From contig CAWDEW010000010.1 of the NCBI GenBank assembly GCA_963801445.1, forward strand, positions 21,338-85,337: 64,000 nt of DNA, in the 5' to 3' direction. Below the pieces are notes generated by a model. It had not been told where the DNA came from, did not search any database, and saw only the letters and a program-made list of their open reading frames with translations. Shown in pieces: positions 1 through 9,247 of the stretch (positions within the stretch are counted from its first letter, which is position 1; each line of letters begins with the position of its first letter). A program made the translations under genes and the position numbers. The DNA is from an uncultured Chloroflexia bacterium. GTDB lineage: Bacteria > Chloroflexota > Limnocylindria > Limnocylindrales > CSP1-4.

Positions 1-14
1 TGGCCCCGATCCTG

Positions 15-806
15 GTGGGAGCGTGGCTGGGCATGAAGGGACGGTGGTCGCTCGCGGGCGCGGTCACGGGAATCGGCCTCCTGATGAAGCTCACCGCGCT
101 GTACGGCCTGCTCGCCCTGCTCGTCCTCCAGGCAGTCCGCGTCGCGCTCCGATGGCGGTCCAGCCGGCGCATCGGCCGCGCCGAGATCCTGCCCACGGTC
201 GCGCTCCTCGGCTGGTTCGCCGTCGTCGGGGTCGGCGGGCTGGGGCTGCTGGACGCCCGGTTCTCGAGCTACACGTCGCCGATCGACCATCTTCGCCACA
301 TGGTCGAGTACGGGGCGTCCCTGACGAAGGCGCCGAACGCCCCGACCGGCGGCGGCGGTGCGATCGACAGCAAGCCCTGGGAGTGGGTCGTCAACGACGG
401 CCAGATCAACTACTTCCGGACCGTCGTGAACGTGAAGACCGGCGACACGATCGTGAGCTCCCGGCCAACCGTCGACTTCCGGGGTGCCGTGAACCCGATG
501 CTGGCCGGGGGCCTCGTCGTGGTCGCGCTGACCGTGGCGGCCTGGCTGGCCATCCGCAGGCGCAGCCAGCTCGCGCTCTGGGCGATCGTCTGGGCCGGAG
601 CGAACTGGCTGCCCTACGTGGCGCTCGCGATCCTCACGAACAGGATCCAGTACTTCTACTACTACCTGCCGGTCATCCCGGCGCTCGCGGTGGCGATGGC
701 GCTGCTCCTCCGCCGCTCCCGGCTTCCCGGCTTCGTCACGTGGGCCTATCTCGGGGCTCTCGTCGTCGGCTTCCTGGCCTACTTCCCGTTCCGCGAGCTC
801 CCCTGA
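15..806 (+). CDS. C-terminal part of a polytopic GT-C glycosyltransferase (dolichyl-phosphate-mannose protein mannosyltransferase, PMT/GT39-like); 5' end outside window
   Basis: Multiple TM helices; S-x-PWEW loop and 'QYFYYYLPVIP' resemble the C-terminal signature of bacterial PMT-like proteins (family knowledge). Confidence 0.65.
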   Translation: MGAWLGMKGRWSLAGAVTGIGLLMKLTALYGLLALLVLQAVRVALRWRSSRRIGRAEILPTVALLGWFAVVGVGGLGLLDARFSSYTSPIDHLRHMVEYGASLTKAPNAPTGGGGAIDSKPWEWVVNDGQINYFRTVVNVKTGDTIVSSRPTVDFRGAVNPMLAGGLVVVALTVAAWLAIRRRSQLALWAIVWAGANWLPYVALAILTNRIQYFYYYLPVIPALAVAMALLLRRSRLPGFVTWAYLGALVVGFLAYFPFRELP

Positions 807-1008
807 GCGGTCGGGCTGGGGCTCGTCGCCGACGGCAGGTCTGACCGCCGGAACCCACGCCTGCAGGCTGCCGGTCCCCGGGCCATGCTGCCCCGAATCG
901 GCGCGCCGCCCCGTCCTGCTGCGCCCGGCCGGTGGGCGGACACAGAAAGGCCACCGGGACCGCGCGGTCCCGGTGGCCCCTGGTTGCCTCGGGGGCAGCG
1001 ATCAGTCC

Positions 1009-2274
1009 CTAGCGGCGGCGGCTCCGCGCGGTCACGCTGGGGGTGAGAAGCAGGATGGCGGCGAGAAGGCCTGCGAGCAGGACCAGGGCGAACCGCCAGC
1101 TGTTCGAGGTCTGGCCGACCGGCTCGGAGCCGAGCGTGCTCGTGGGCGGCGGGGTGATCCGGGGCTTGCCCGTGGCGCCCTCGACGGTCTGCGAGTGCGT
1201 CGTGGTCGTCGTGGTGGACGGGTCCGTGGTCGTGGTGGACGTGTCCGCCGTCTTGGTGGACGTGTCCGCGGTGGTCGTCGTGGTATCAGCGGTCGTCGTG
1301 GTCGTGTCCGCTGTGGTCGTCGTGGTATCTGCGGTCGTGGTCGTCGTGTCCGCGGTCGTCGTGGTCGTGTCCGCCGTCGTCGTGGTCGTATCGGCGGTGG
1401 TGGTCGAGGAGGTCGTGCAGTTCTCGTCGTGGTTCTGGGCCGAGATGCTGCCGCTCTCGGACCCGCTCGAGCACCCTTCGGTGCTGGTCGAGGAGCTTTC
1501 CTCGGTGCTGGTCGAGGAGGTCGTGCAGTTCTCGTCGTGGTTCTGGGCCGAGATGCTGCCGCTCTCGGACCCGCTCGAGCACCCCTCGGTGCTGGTCGAG
1601 GAGGTCGTGCAGTTCTCGTCGTGGTTCTGGGCCGAGATGCTGCCGCTCTCGGACCCGCTCGAGCACCCCTCGGTGCTGGTCGAGGAGGTCGTGCAGTTCT
1701 CGTCGTGGTTCTGGGCCGAGATGCTGCCGCTCTCGGACCCGCTCGAGCACCCCTCGGTGCTGGTCGAGGAGGTCGTGCAGTTCTCGTCGTGGTTCTGGGC
1801 CGAGATGCTGCCGCTCTCGGACCCGCTCGAGCACCCCTCGGTGCTGGTCGAGGAGGTCGTGCAGTTCGACTCGTTGTTGTGCAGGGCGGAGACGTGTCCG
1901 CTCTCGGACCCGCTCGAGCACCCCTCGGTGCTGGTCGAGGAGGTCGTGCAGTTCGACTCGTTGTTGTGCAGGGCGGAGGCGTGTCCGCTCTCGGACCCGC
2001 TCGAGCACCCCTCGGTGCTGGTCGAGGAGGTCGTGCAGTTCGACTCGTTGTTGTGCAGGGCGGAGGCGTGTCCGCTCTCGGACCCGCTCGAGCACCCCTC
2101 GGTGCTGGTCGAGGAGGAGCCCGCCGATGAAGTGGCCGTGACCACGTGGTCGGGCGCCGGCTTGGTCGCGAGGGCGGTACCCACGCCCGGGCCCGCGAGG
2201 GCGAGGGCGGTCAGCCCCGCCACGGCGAGCCAGCCGACCCGCCGAAACACCTGTGACTTGGGTGTCGTGGACAT
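1009..2274 (-). CDS. Secreted/surface-anchored Ser/Thr/Cys tandem-repeat protein (about 421 aa) with C-terminal PPPTST-TM-basic tail
   Basis: ATG at 2274 (MSTTPKSQVFRRVGWLAVAGLTALALAGPGVGTALA = signal peptide), repeat body, then ITPPPTSTL...WRFALVLLAGLLAAILLL...RSRRR-stop. Confidence 0.85.
   Translation of the reverse strand: MSTTPKSQVFRRVGWLAVAGLTALALAGPGVGTALATKPAPDHVVTATSSAGSSSTSTEGCSSGSESGHASALHNNESNCTTSSTSTEGCSSGSESGHASALHNNESNCTTSSTSTEGCSSGSESGHVSALHNNESNCTTSSTSTEGCSSGSESGSISAQNHDENCTTSSTSTEGCSSGSESGSISAQNHDENCTTSSTSTEGCSSGSESGSISAQNHDENCTTSSTSTEGCSSGSESGSISAQNHDENCTTSSTSTEESSSTSTEGCSSGSESGSISAQNHDENCTTSSTTTADTTTTTADTTTTTADTTTTTADTTTTTADTTTTTADTTTTTADTSTKTADTSTTTTDPSTTTTTTHSQTVEGATGKPRITPPPTSTLGSEPVGQTSNSWRFALVLLAGLLAAILLLTPSVTARSRRR
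1240..1401 (-). repeat. Degenerate 21-bp repeat encoding (TTTTADT)n Thr-rich stalk
   Basis: About 8 copies in the translation; DNA copies differ at synonymous positions. Confidence 0.9.
1402..2116 (-). repeat. Intragenic tandem array: 5 x 84-bp units (one with a 24-bp insertion) and 3 x 87-bp units
   Basis: Unit starts (gcagttc) at 1417, 1525, 1609, 1693, 1777, 1861, 1948, 2035; encode TTSSTSTEGCSSGSESGSISAQNHDENC and TTSSTSTEGCSSGSESGH(A/V)SALHNNESNC. Confidence 0.97.
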
Positions 2275-2683
2275 CTCGATACGTACCCCCCGGAAGATCT
2301 GGCGGTGGAGAGGCCGCCTGGATGACTCCGCGCCGTCCGAACCGGTGGCGATAAGCGCCAGACCTTCACGCGTTCGGTCAACGAGGCCGTATCGTCCGCG
2401 ATCGGGACAGTACTCGTCCAGTACCTTTCTCTGGCAGAACCCATCCAGACCACACAATTCCGACCTCCTGGCTCGGGAATTGGTGCGCCGAGGCAACAGG
2501 AGGTCCTCCCCGACCCTGGTACTCCCGGGTCGGCGGCCCCGGGACCCTCGGCGCGAGCGGGTCGTGGGAGTTCGGTCGGCTACCATGGTCGCCGGGCGAC
2601 GGGGCCGGCGCGCGAACGGAGACGACGCGCTTCCTCCTGCCGGTCGTCCAGCGCTGCGCCCGTCCGCTTGCACCGGAGGTTCC

Positions 2684-4405
2684 GTGTCCGCCCCGTCCGC
2701 GCCAGATCCAGCCGGGCTCCTCGCCCCGCTCCGCGGCAGCGTCCGCCGCGCCCTCGAGGCCGCCTGGGAGCGCGCGATCGTCGCGGGCGCGCTGCCGCCG
2801 CTCGGCACGGCCGACCGGCCCGCGGTGGAGATCGAACGGCCCGCCAACCCCGAGCACGGCGACCTCGCCTCGAACCTGGCGATGAAGCTGGCCCGGCCCT
2901 GCCGGATGGCACCCCTGAAGGTCGCCGAGGCCCTCGCGGCCGAGCTGGCGGCCGACGTCGGCCGCCCCGGGGGCCCGGTCGGCGCGGTCAGCGTCGCGGC
3001 TCCCGGCTTCCTCAATCTCCGCGTCGCGGATGGGGCGCTCGAGGACCTCGTCGCCGGGATCGTGGCGGATCCCGCCGCCTGGGGCCGGGTCCGCGCGACG
3101 ACCCCTCGCCGCGTGAACGTGGAGTTCGTCTCCGCGAACCCGACCGGGCCGCTCCACATCGGGAACGCCCGCGGAGCGTTCGTCGGCGACCTCCTGTGCC
3201 GCGTCCTCGAGGCGGCCGGCCACCATGTCACGCGCGAGTACTACTTCAACGACTTCGGAGCCCAGGTCCGGAACCTCGGGGCGTCGGTGGTCGCGATCCA
3301 CCGCGGCGAGCCGCTTCCCGAGGAGGCCTACCGGGGCGCGTACGTCCACGACCTGGCCCGGGAGGTCCCGGCCGACGTCTGGAGCGCGGGCGAGGCGGCC
3401 GACGCGGCGGGAGCCGCTCACGATGCCGCCTGGGTCGTGGGCGAGTGGGCCTCGGAGCGCGTGCGGGCCGGCATCGAGGCCTCCCTGGCCCACCTCGGCG
3501 TCCGCTTCGACGTCTGGAAGTCCGAGAGCTCCCTGTACTCCGAGGGATGGGTCGCGCGGGCGGTGGAGCGGCTCCGTGCCGGCGGCCACCTGTACGAGCA
3601 GGACGGGGCGCTCTGGTTCCGCTCCACGGACTTCGGTGACGACAAGGACCGGGTCGTCCGCAAGTCGAGCGGCGATTTCACGTACTTCGGATCCGACGTC
3701 GGCTACGTCGTCGAGAAGTTCAGCCGACGGTACGACCGCCTGGTCTACATCTGGGGCGCCGACCACCACGGCACCGTGGCCCGGCTCCGGAATGCGGCCG
3801 GCGCCATGGGCTTCGAGCGCGACGCAGTGGAGGTCCTCCTGATCGCCTGGGTTCGCTTCGTCCGCGACGGCATGGAAGTCTCGATGTCCAAGCGGGCCGG
3901 CGAGTTCATCACCCTCGACGAGCTGCTGGCCGAGATCGGCGTGGACGCGGCCCGCTGGTTCTTCGCCGCCCGGGGGCACACGTCCGGGATCGACTTCGAC
4001 ATCGAGCTGGCCAAGAAGCAGTCTGCCGAGAATCCCGTCTATTACGTGCAGTACGCCCACGCCCGGATCGCCTCGATCCTCCGGAAGGCCGCCGAGGCCG
4101 GGCTCCAGCCCGCGACGTCGCTGGAGGGGTGGCTGGCCGGCGGTCCCGAGGCGGCGCTCGCGCGCGCCCTGGCCAGGTTCCCGGAGGTCGTGGAGGACGC
4201 GGCCGCGGCCGAAGAGGCGCAGGGCGTGACCGCGTTCGCGACGGACCTGGCGACGCAGTTCCATGCCTTCTACCGCGACGCCCGGGTCGTGGACCCGGCT
4301 GAGCCCGAACGGTCGCGGGCCCGGCTGGCCCTCGTGCTGGCGGCGCAGCAGACGCTGGCCAACGCCCTCGCGCTCCTGGGGATCGCGGCACCCGAGGCGA
4401 TGTAG
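2684..4405 (+). CDS. argS: Arginine--tRNA ligase
   Basis: VEFVSANPTGPLHIGN (HIGH motif), MSKRAGEF, YVQYAHARIASI; GTG 2684 preceded by GGAGG. Confidence 0.97.
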   Translation: MSAPSAPDPAGLLAPLRGSVRRALEAAWERAIVAGALPPLGTADRPAVEIERPANPEHGDLASNLAMKLARPCRMAPLKVAEALAAELAADVGRPGGPVGAVSVAAPGFLNLRVADGALEDLVAGIVADPAAWGRVRATTPRRVNVEFVSANPTGPLHIGNARGAFVGDLLCRVLEAAGHHVTREYYFNDFGAQVRNLGASVVAIHRGEPLPEEAYRGAYVHDLAREVPADVWSAGEAADAAGAAHDAAWVVGEWASERVRAGIEASLAHLGVRFDVWKSESSLYSEGWVARAVERLRAGGHLYEQDGALWFRSTDFGDDKDRVVRKSSGDFTYFGSDVGYVVEKFSRRYDRLVYIWGADHHGTVARLRNAAGAMGFERDAVEVLLIAWVRFVRDGMEVSMSKRAGEFITLDELLAEIGVDAARWFFAARGHTSGIDFDIELAKKQSAENPVYYVQYAHARIASILRKAAEAGLQPATSLEGWLAGGPEAALARALARFPEVVEDAAAAEEAQGVTAFATDLATQFHAFYRDARVVDPAEPERSRARLALVLAAQQTLANALALLGIAAPEAM

Positions 4406-4430
4406 CCGCCGGGGGCGCGGGATCGGGCGG

Positions 4431-5756
4431 TCAGCCCCGGAGCGCCGCCTGGAGCGCGTCGAGGAGCGAGGCGTTCGAGACGACCAGGACCGTGACGCCG
4501 GCGTGCCCGGACACGGTGGCCGGGCTGACGACGCGCGCGGCCCCGGGCAGCCCCTGCACCGCGAACCCGGCCGCGGCCGCGAACTCGTCGGCGTCCTTCT
4601 GGGTGTCCCAGGCGGTCACGATGGCCAGGGCATAGGCGCCGTTCGGGCCTCGGAGCAGGACGATCCGGTCCCCTCCCCAGCCGGCCGCGGCGGCGCTGCC
4701 GTCGGGGTGACCGCCGACCCCGTCGGCGCCCCGCGCCTGGAGCCAGGCCCGGATCTGGAACTCGCCGAGCGTGTCCTCGGGCGTCGCCTTCCAGCCGGCG
4801 CCCAGCCGGGCGGCCAGGGCCGCGCCTTCGAGCGGCACGGCGACGGGCTCCTCGCCGGCGGTCCACTTCTGCGGGTGGAGGACCTGCTCCGTCGAATCCG
4901 GCAGTCGCCCGAATGCGGCGTCGACGGCCGGCCATCCGCCCGACGAGTGCAGCCCGTTCACGAACGCGAAGCCGGCCGTATAGGGGAACGTGAGCGATTC
5001 GCGCAGGATCGCCGGGACCTTGTCCAGGGCGGCCTGGGCAGCCGGGTCGCCGGCGAGGATCTGGCCCAGCTCGGCCGGCGAGAGGTAGCCGACCATCCAC
5101 TGGCCCAGCACGAACGTGGCGTCACCCTCGACGAAGGCGCGGCGAGCGAGCATGAGGTCCCCCCGCCCGACCGGGGCGTCGAGGATCTTCTCGAGGTCGA
5201 AGCTCTGGTCCTGGAGGGCATGGTCGAACTCGTGGGCGAACGTGGCCTTCTCCGTCGGGCCGACGGTGCCGGTCCGGGCGACGACGTAGATCTGCTTCGC
5301 GGCCGGGTCGTAGAAGCCGGCGACCTGGGCGCCCATCAGGTCCAGGTAGAGCGTCTCGAGCGAGGCGTCCTGGGGCAGGAGGCCGAGGGCCTTGAGCTGC
5401 AGCTCCGACGTCGCGACCTGGTCGGGCGTGTTCTCCTGGGCGAACTGGGCGGTGAACTTCGCGCGCAGCTCCGCCTCGGAGAGGATCGTCGGGTCCAGGC
5501 GCTGCTTGAGGGGCAGGCCCCGGAGCGCGATGACCTGGTCCTCGATCTGGCGGTAGAGGGCGGTCAGCGTCGCGGCGTCGGAAGGACCGGGGGTCCGCCC
5601 TGCGGTCGGCGAAGGGCTCGCGGTCGGAAGCGCGGACGGAGCACCGGATGGCGCTGCCGTCGGTGTCGCGGACTGCGCCTGGCCGGTCGGCCCGGGCCCG
5701 CCGCAGGCGGCAAGGACCAGCGCGACGGCGAGCGCGAGCACGGACCGGCGGGCCAT
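4431..5756 (-). CDS. Lipoprotein with HExxH putative metallopeptidase motif (Hvo_1808/DUF6782-like)
   Basis: Lipobox LAAC, Ser/Pro/Thr linker, AHEFDHALQDQ and downstream EGDA. Confidence 0.7.
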   Translation of the reverse strand: MARRSVLALAVALVLAACGGPGPTGQAQSATPTAAPSGAPSALPTASPSPTAGRTPGPSDAATLTALYRQIEDQVIALRGLPLKQRLDPTILSEAELRAKFTAQFAQENTPDQVATSELQLKALGLLPQDASLETLYLDLMGAQVAGFYDPAAKQIYVVARTGTVGPTEKATFAHEFDHALQDQSFDLEKILDAPVGRGDLMLARRAFVEGDATFVLGQWMVGYLSPAELGQILAGDPAAQAALDKVPAILRESLTFPYTAGFAFVNGLHSSGGWPAVDAAFGRLPDSTEQVLHPQKWTAGEEPVAVPLEGAALAARLGAGWKATPEDTLGEFQIRAWLQARGADGVGGHPDGSAAAAGWGGDRIVLLRGPNGAYALAIVTAWDTQKDADEFAAAAGFAVQGLPGAARVVSPATVSGHAGVTVLVVSNASLLDALQAALRG

Positions 5757-6037
5757 GGCGGGATTGTGGCATGGTCCACCGAGGTAGCGGTTTCTTTACC
5801 GCGCAGCCCCTTTGGGATTCACCCGGCGCTCGTACTGTTCCGCAAGGACCTGCGGGACGATACCCTCCGACCACAGATCCATCCTCCCTCCCTCCGACCG
5901 GGGGCGCCGATTGGGCAGGCGCCCCCGGTTCCCTTTTCCGGGGTTGGCAGGGAGCCGCGCCGCTGGTCCGCAGGTCGTTGGACCACCCCCGCCACGGTTG
6001 AGCCGCGATCGAGCTGCGCGTGGCAGAATCGACGCAT

Positions 6038-6712
6038 ATGGAACTGACCTGGTATGGGCGCACCTGCGTCCGCCTCAAGGGCCGCGACGCGGTCGTGGTG
6101 AACGATCCCTACCAGTCCGTCGTCGGCCCGACCGGGCGTGGCATCACGGGCGACATCGTCACGTACAGCCACCCCGACGACGCTCCCCTCCCGAGAGCGA
6201 AGGGTCCCCAGACGCGGGACGGCCGGATCTACCTGCCGGCCAGCCTGGAGAGCGCCTTCATCCTGGAGGGTCCCGGCGAGTACGAGGTCAAGCACGTCCT
6301 GGTCAACGGAGTCCGGACGTTCCGCGACGATCGGCGGGGGGCAGACCGCGGTCGCAACGTCTGCTTCGTGGTGGAGCTCGACGGCGTCCACGTCGTGCAT
6401 CTCGGTGACGTCGCCCATGTGCTCACCGAGGAGAAGCTCGGCGAGATCGGGCCGGTGGACGTCGCCTGCGTCCCGATCGGCGGTCCGCTCGGCCCGACGA
6501 AGGCGGCGGAGCTGGTGTCCCAGCTGGACCCCAAGATCGTGGTGCCCATGGCCGTGTGCGAGGAGGAGGCGGACTGCGCGGAGGCGATGGCCCGGTTCCT
6601 CCACGAGATGGGCGCCATCGACCTGGCGCCCCAGGCCAAGCTCACGCTCACGCCCAGCGGCCTGCCCGAGGAGACGACGACCGTCCTGCTGGAGTCGCGC
6701 GGGAAGGTCTGA
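6038..6712 (+). CDS. MBL-fold metallo-hydrolase
   Basis: ITWYG-like start, DIVTYSHPDD, VHLGDVAH, IVVPM motifs. Confidence 0.85.
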   Translation: MELTWYGRTCVRLKGRDAVVVNDPYQSVVGPTGRGITGDIVTYSHPDDAPLPRAKGPQTRDGRIYLPASLESAFILEGPGEYEVKHVLVNGVRTFRDDRRGADRGRNVCFVVELDGVHVVHLGDVAHVLTEEKLGEIGPVDVACVPIGGPLGPTKAAELVSQLDPKIVVPMAVCEEEADCAEAMARFLHEMGAIDLAPQAKLTLTPSGLPEETTTVLLESRGKV

Positions 6713-6813
6713 CGGCGTCCCGGTTCCGTGCGTGTCGACGAGCGGTGCGCAGGGCGGAACGGAAGAGACGTCGGCCGGCCCGAGGAAGGCGCGGCCACGG
6801 GCGGCCGGGCACC

Positions 6814-8184
6814 TCAGCCGGGGCGAGCCTCCCTGCCGTGGACGACGCGCCCGCGGACCACGACCGAGCGCGCCAGCGCCGCGCCCGCCCAGTACGGGAT
6901 CTGGGCGTGGGTCGCCACGTTCCAGATCACCAGGTCCGCCCGGCGGCCGGCCTCCAGCACGCCGCGATCGGCAAGGTGGAGCGAGGCGGCGGCATTGACG
7001 GTCGTCGCGACGAGCGCCTCCGACGGCGAGATGCGCAGGGCGAGAGCCGCCACGGTCATCACGAGCGGAAGGCCGGCCACCGGGGAGGTGCCGGGGTTGA
7101 AGTCGGTCCCGAGCGCGACGGGCACGCCGGCATCCACCAGCTCGCGGGCGGGCTCCGTCGCGCCCAGGCCCAGGAACCATGGGACCGTCGGGAGGAGCGT
7201 CGCGACCACCGGCGAAGGACCGGCCGCGGCGCGGACCAGGGCGGCCAGTCCGTCGGTCGACGGGGCCCCGAGATGGTCAGCCGAGCAGGCACCCACCTCG
7301 ACCGCCAGCTCGGCCCCGCCCGACGCGGCGATCTCGTCCGCGTGGAGGCGCAACGCCAGGCCCGCGGCCCGCGCGGCGAGCAGGACCCGCCGGGCCTGGT
7401 CCGTCGTGAAGACGCCCCGCTCGCAGAAGACGTCCGCGAAGCGGGCGATCCCCTGGGCGGCGACCGCCGGCAGCTGCTCCTCGATCACGGACCGGACGTA
7501 GGCTTCGGTCGCGGCCTCCGGATCGCCTGGGTGGGCCGCCCGGACCTCCGCGGGCACCGCGTGGGCACCCAGGAAGGTCGGGATGACATCCACCGGCCCT
7601 TCGGCGGCAAGTCGCCCGGCGAGGGCCAGGAGGCGCAGCTCGGTCGCCACGTCCAGCCCGTAGCCGGACTTCGCCTCGACCGTCGTGCTGCCCTGGCGAA
7701 GCATCTCGCCCAGCCAGCGCCGCCCGTGGGCCAGGAGATCGGCCTCGCTCGCCGCCCGGGTCGCCGCCACCGTGGAGAGGATGCCCCCGCCCGCGGCGAG
7801 GATCTCGAGGTAGCTCGCTCCGCGCTGGCGGAGCCGGATCTCCGCCTCCCGGGACCCTGCGAAGAGGAGGTGCGTGTGCGGGTCGATGAGGCCCGGCGTG
7901 ACCGTGCCGCCGGACGCGTCGAGCTCCGCGATCACCGGAGCCGGATCCGGCGGCCCTTCGGCCGAGGCGGGCGAGGAGGCGTTCCGGAGCGCCTCCACGA
8001 GCATCTCGCGGGCGTCCGCCTCGTCGGCGACGGCCACGATCCGGCCGTCCAGGAGCGCGATCGCGCTGCCCGGCGGGGCGATCGCCGGATCGTCCTGCCC
8101 CGGACCACGTCGAAGCCCGCCGGCCAGCGTGGCCACCTCCGAAGCGCCCGTCACGAGGAGCGCGCGGGGAGCGGTCGGGGACAT
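6814..8184 (-). CDS. hutI: Imidazolonepropionase
   Basis: PGLIDPHTH, EAKSGYGL, FLGAHA, DVFCE, HADE, LGTDFNPG. Confidence 0.95.
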   Translation of the reverse strand: MSPTAPRALLVTGASEVATLAGGLRRGPGQDDPAIAPPGSAIALLDGRIVAVADEADAREMLVEALRNASSPASAEGPPDPAPVIAELDASGGTVTPGLIDPHTHLLFAGSREAEIRLRQRGASYLEILAAGGGILSTVAATRAASEADLLAHGRRWLGEMLRQGSTTVEAKSGYGLDVATELRLLALAGRLAAEGPVDVIPTFLGAHAVPAEVRAAHPGDPEAATEAYVRSVIEEQLPAVAAQGIARFADVFCERGVFTTDQARRVLLAARAAGLALRLHADEIAASGGAELAVEVGACSADHLGAPSTDGLAALVRAAAGPSPVVATLLPTVPWFLGLGATEPARELVDAGVPVALGTDFNPGTSPVAGLPLVMTVAALALRISPSEALVATTVNAAASLHLADRGVLEAGRRADLVIWNVATHAQIPYWAGAALARSVVVRGRVVHGREARPG

Positions 8185-8187
8185 CTC

Positions 8188-9150
8188 TCAGCCCCCGGCG
8201 AGGGAGCCGAGGCGCAGCTCCAGGGCCATGTCGGGCGACGCGCCGCGGAGGCGCAGGAAGCGACCGGCGGCCAGGACGCGCTCGCCCTCCGGGAGGTCGG
8301 GCCGGACTCCCGCCCTGTTCCCGACGTCGAGGAAGGCCGCCAGGGGCGCGAGGCCGATGAGCTCGGATTCGAGGATCTCGACCCCGTCCGCCGCCGCCTC
8401 CTCCGCGACCAGCTCCCAGACTCGCCAGATCGGCGTCCGGGCGAAGTCCAGCAGGTTCATCGAGACCTGGGCGCAGTCGGGCTCGTCGATCCGGAAGCCC
8501 TTCGCCTGGACCGCCGGCAGCCCGCCCGACGACTCGCGGACGCGATGCGCGATCCGCTTGGCGAGGTCGAGGTCGGTCGAGGCGAGGTTGATGTTCCAGG
8601 CGATCAGGAATGGGCGGGCCCCGACCGCGGTCGCGCCGCCCCGGGGGTGCATCCGGGCCGGCCCGAAGTCCGGCTCGCGGTCGGCCGTCGCGATCTCCGC
8701 CTTCAGGCCCTCGTACTGCCCGCGCCGGACGTCGGCCAGCCTGACCCGGTCCGGGCGGGTCGCGGCGGCGGCGTAGAGGTAGACGGGCAGGTCGAAGCGG
8801 TCGGCGATCCGGCGCCCGAACGCGCGGGCCAGGGCCACGCAGTCGTCGAGCGTGGTGGCGCCGAGCGGCACGAACGGCACCACGTCCACCGCGCCGATCC
8901 TCGGATGCTCCCCCTCCTGGGTCTCCATGTCGATCTCGGCCAGGGAGGCCGCCACCAGCCGTTCCAGCGCGTCGCCGACCGCGGCGGACTCCCCGGCGAG
9001 CGTGAAGACGCTGCGGTTGTGGCTCGCGTCGCTGGTCCGGTCCAGGAGGTGGGCACCCGGCACCGAGGACAGCGCCTCGGCCAGCCGGTCGACGACCTCG
9101 GGACGACGGCCCTCGGAGACGTTGGGGACGGATTCGACGAGCATGGCCAT
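8188..9150 (-). CDS. ftcD: Glutamate formimidoyltransferase
   Basis: VESVPNVSEGR, DASHNRSV, HPRIGAVDVVPFVP, RRGQYEGL, VSMNL. Confidence 0.93.
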   Translation of the reverse strand: MAMLVESVPNVSEGRRPEVVDRLAEALSSVPGAHLLDRTSDASHNRSVFTLAGESAAVGDALERLVAASLAEIDMETQEGEHPRIGAVDVVPFVPLGATTLDDCVALARAFGRRIADRFDLPVYLYAAAATRPDRVRLADVRRGQYEGLKAEIATADREPDFGPARMHPRGGATAVGARPFLIAWNINLASTDLDLAKRIAHRVRESSGGLPAVQAKGFRIDEPDCAQVSMNLLDFARTPIWRVWELVAEEAAADGVEILESELIGLAPLAAFLDVGNRAGVRPDLPEGERVLAAGRFLRLRGASPDMALELRLGSLAGG

Positions 9151-9247
9151 GGCTCAATCGTGCCACGGACGGCGACCGTGGCGCGGCCCGCCGGCGGCAG
9201 GCGGACGGCCGCGATCTGCCCCGCCCCGGTCGCGTATCGTGAGGATC

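Noticed and set aside
1402-2116. Repeat array as CRISPR
   Set aside because: Contiguous codon-multiple tandem units with no unique spacers, inside a coding frame; no cas genes.
2280-2500. Hairpins in the leader of the repeat protein as a riboswitch
   Set aside because: Short stems exist (e.g. GGCGG/CCGCC, TGGCG/CGCCA, GTACT/AGTAC) but I cannot match them to any riboswitch consensus.
1043-2683. 1120-aa ORF implying a repeat domain fused N-terminally to ArgS
   Set aside because: The N-terminal half is the stop-free antisense of the Ser/Thr repeat gene; argS has its own GGAGG-GTG at 2684.
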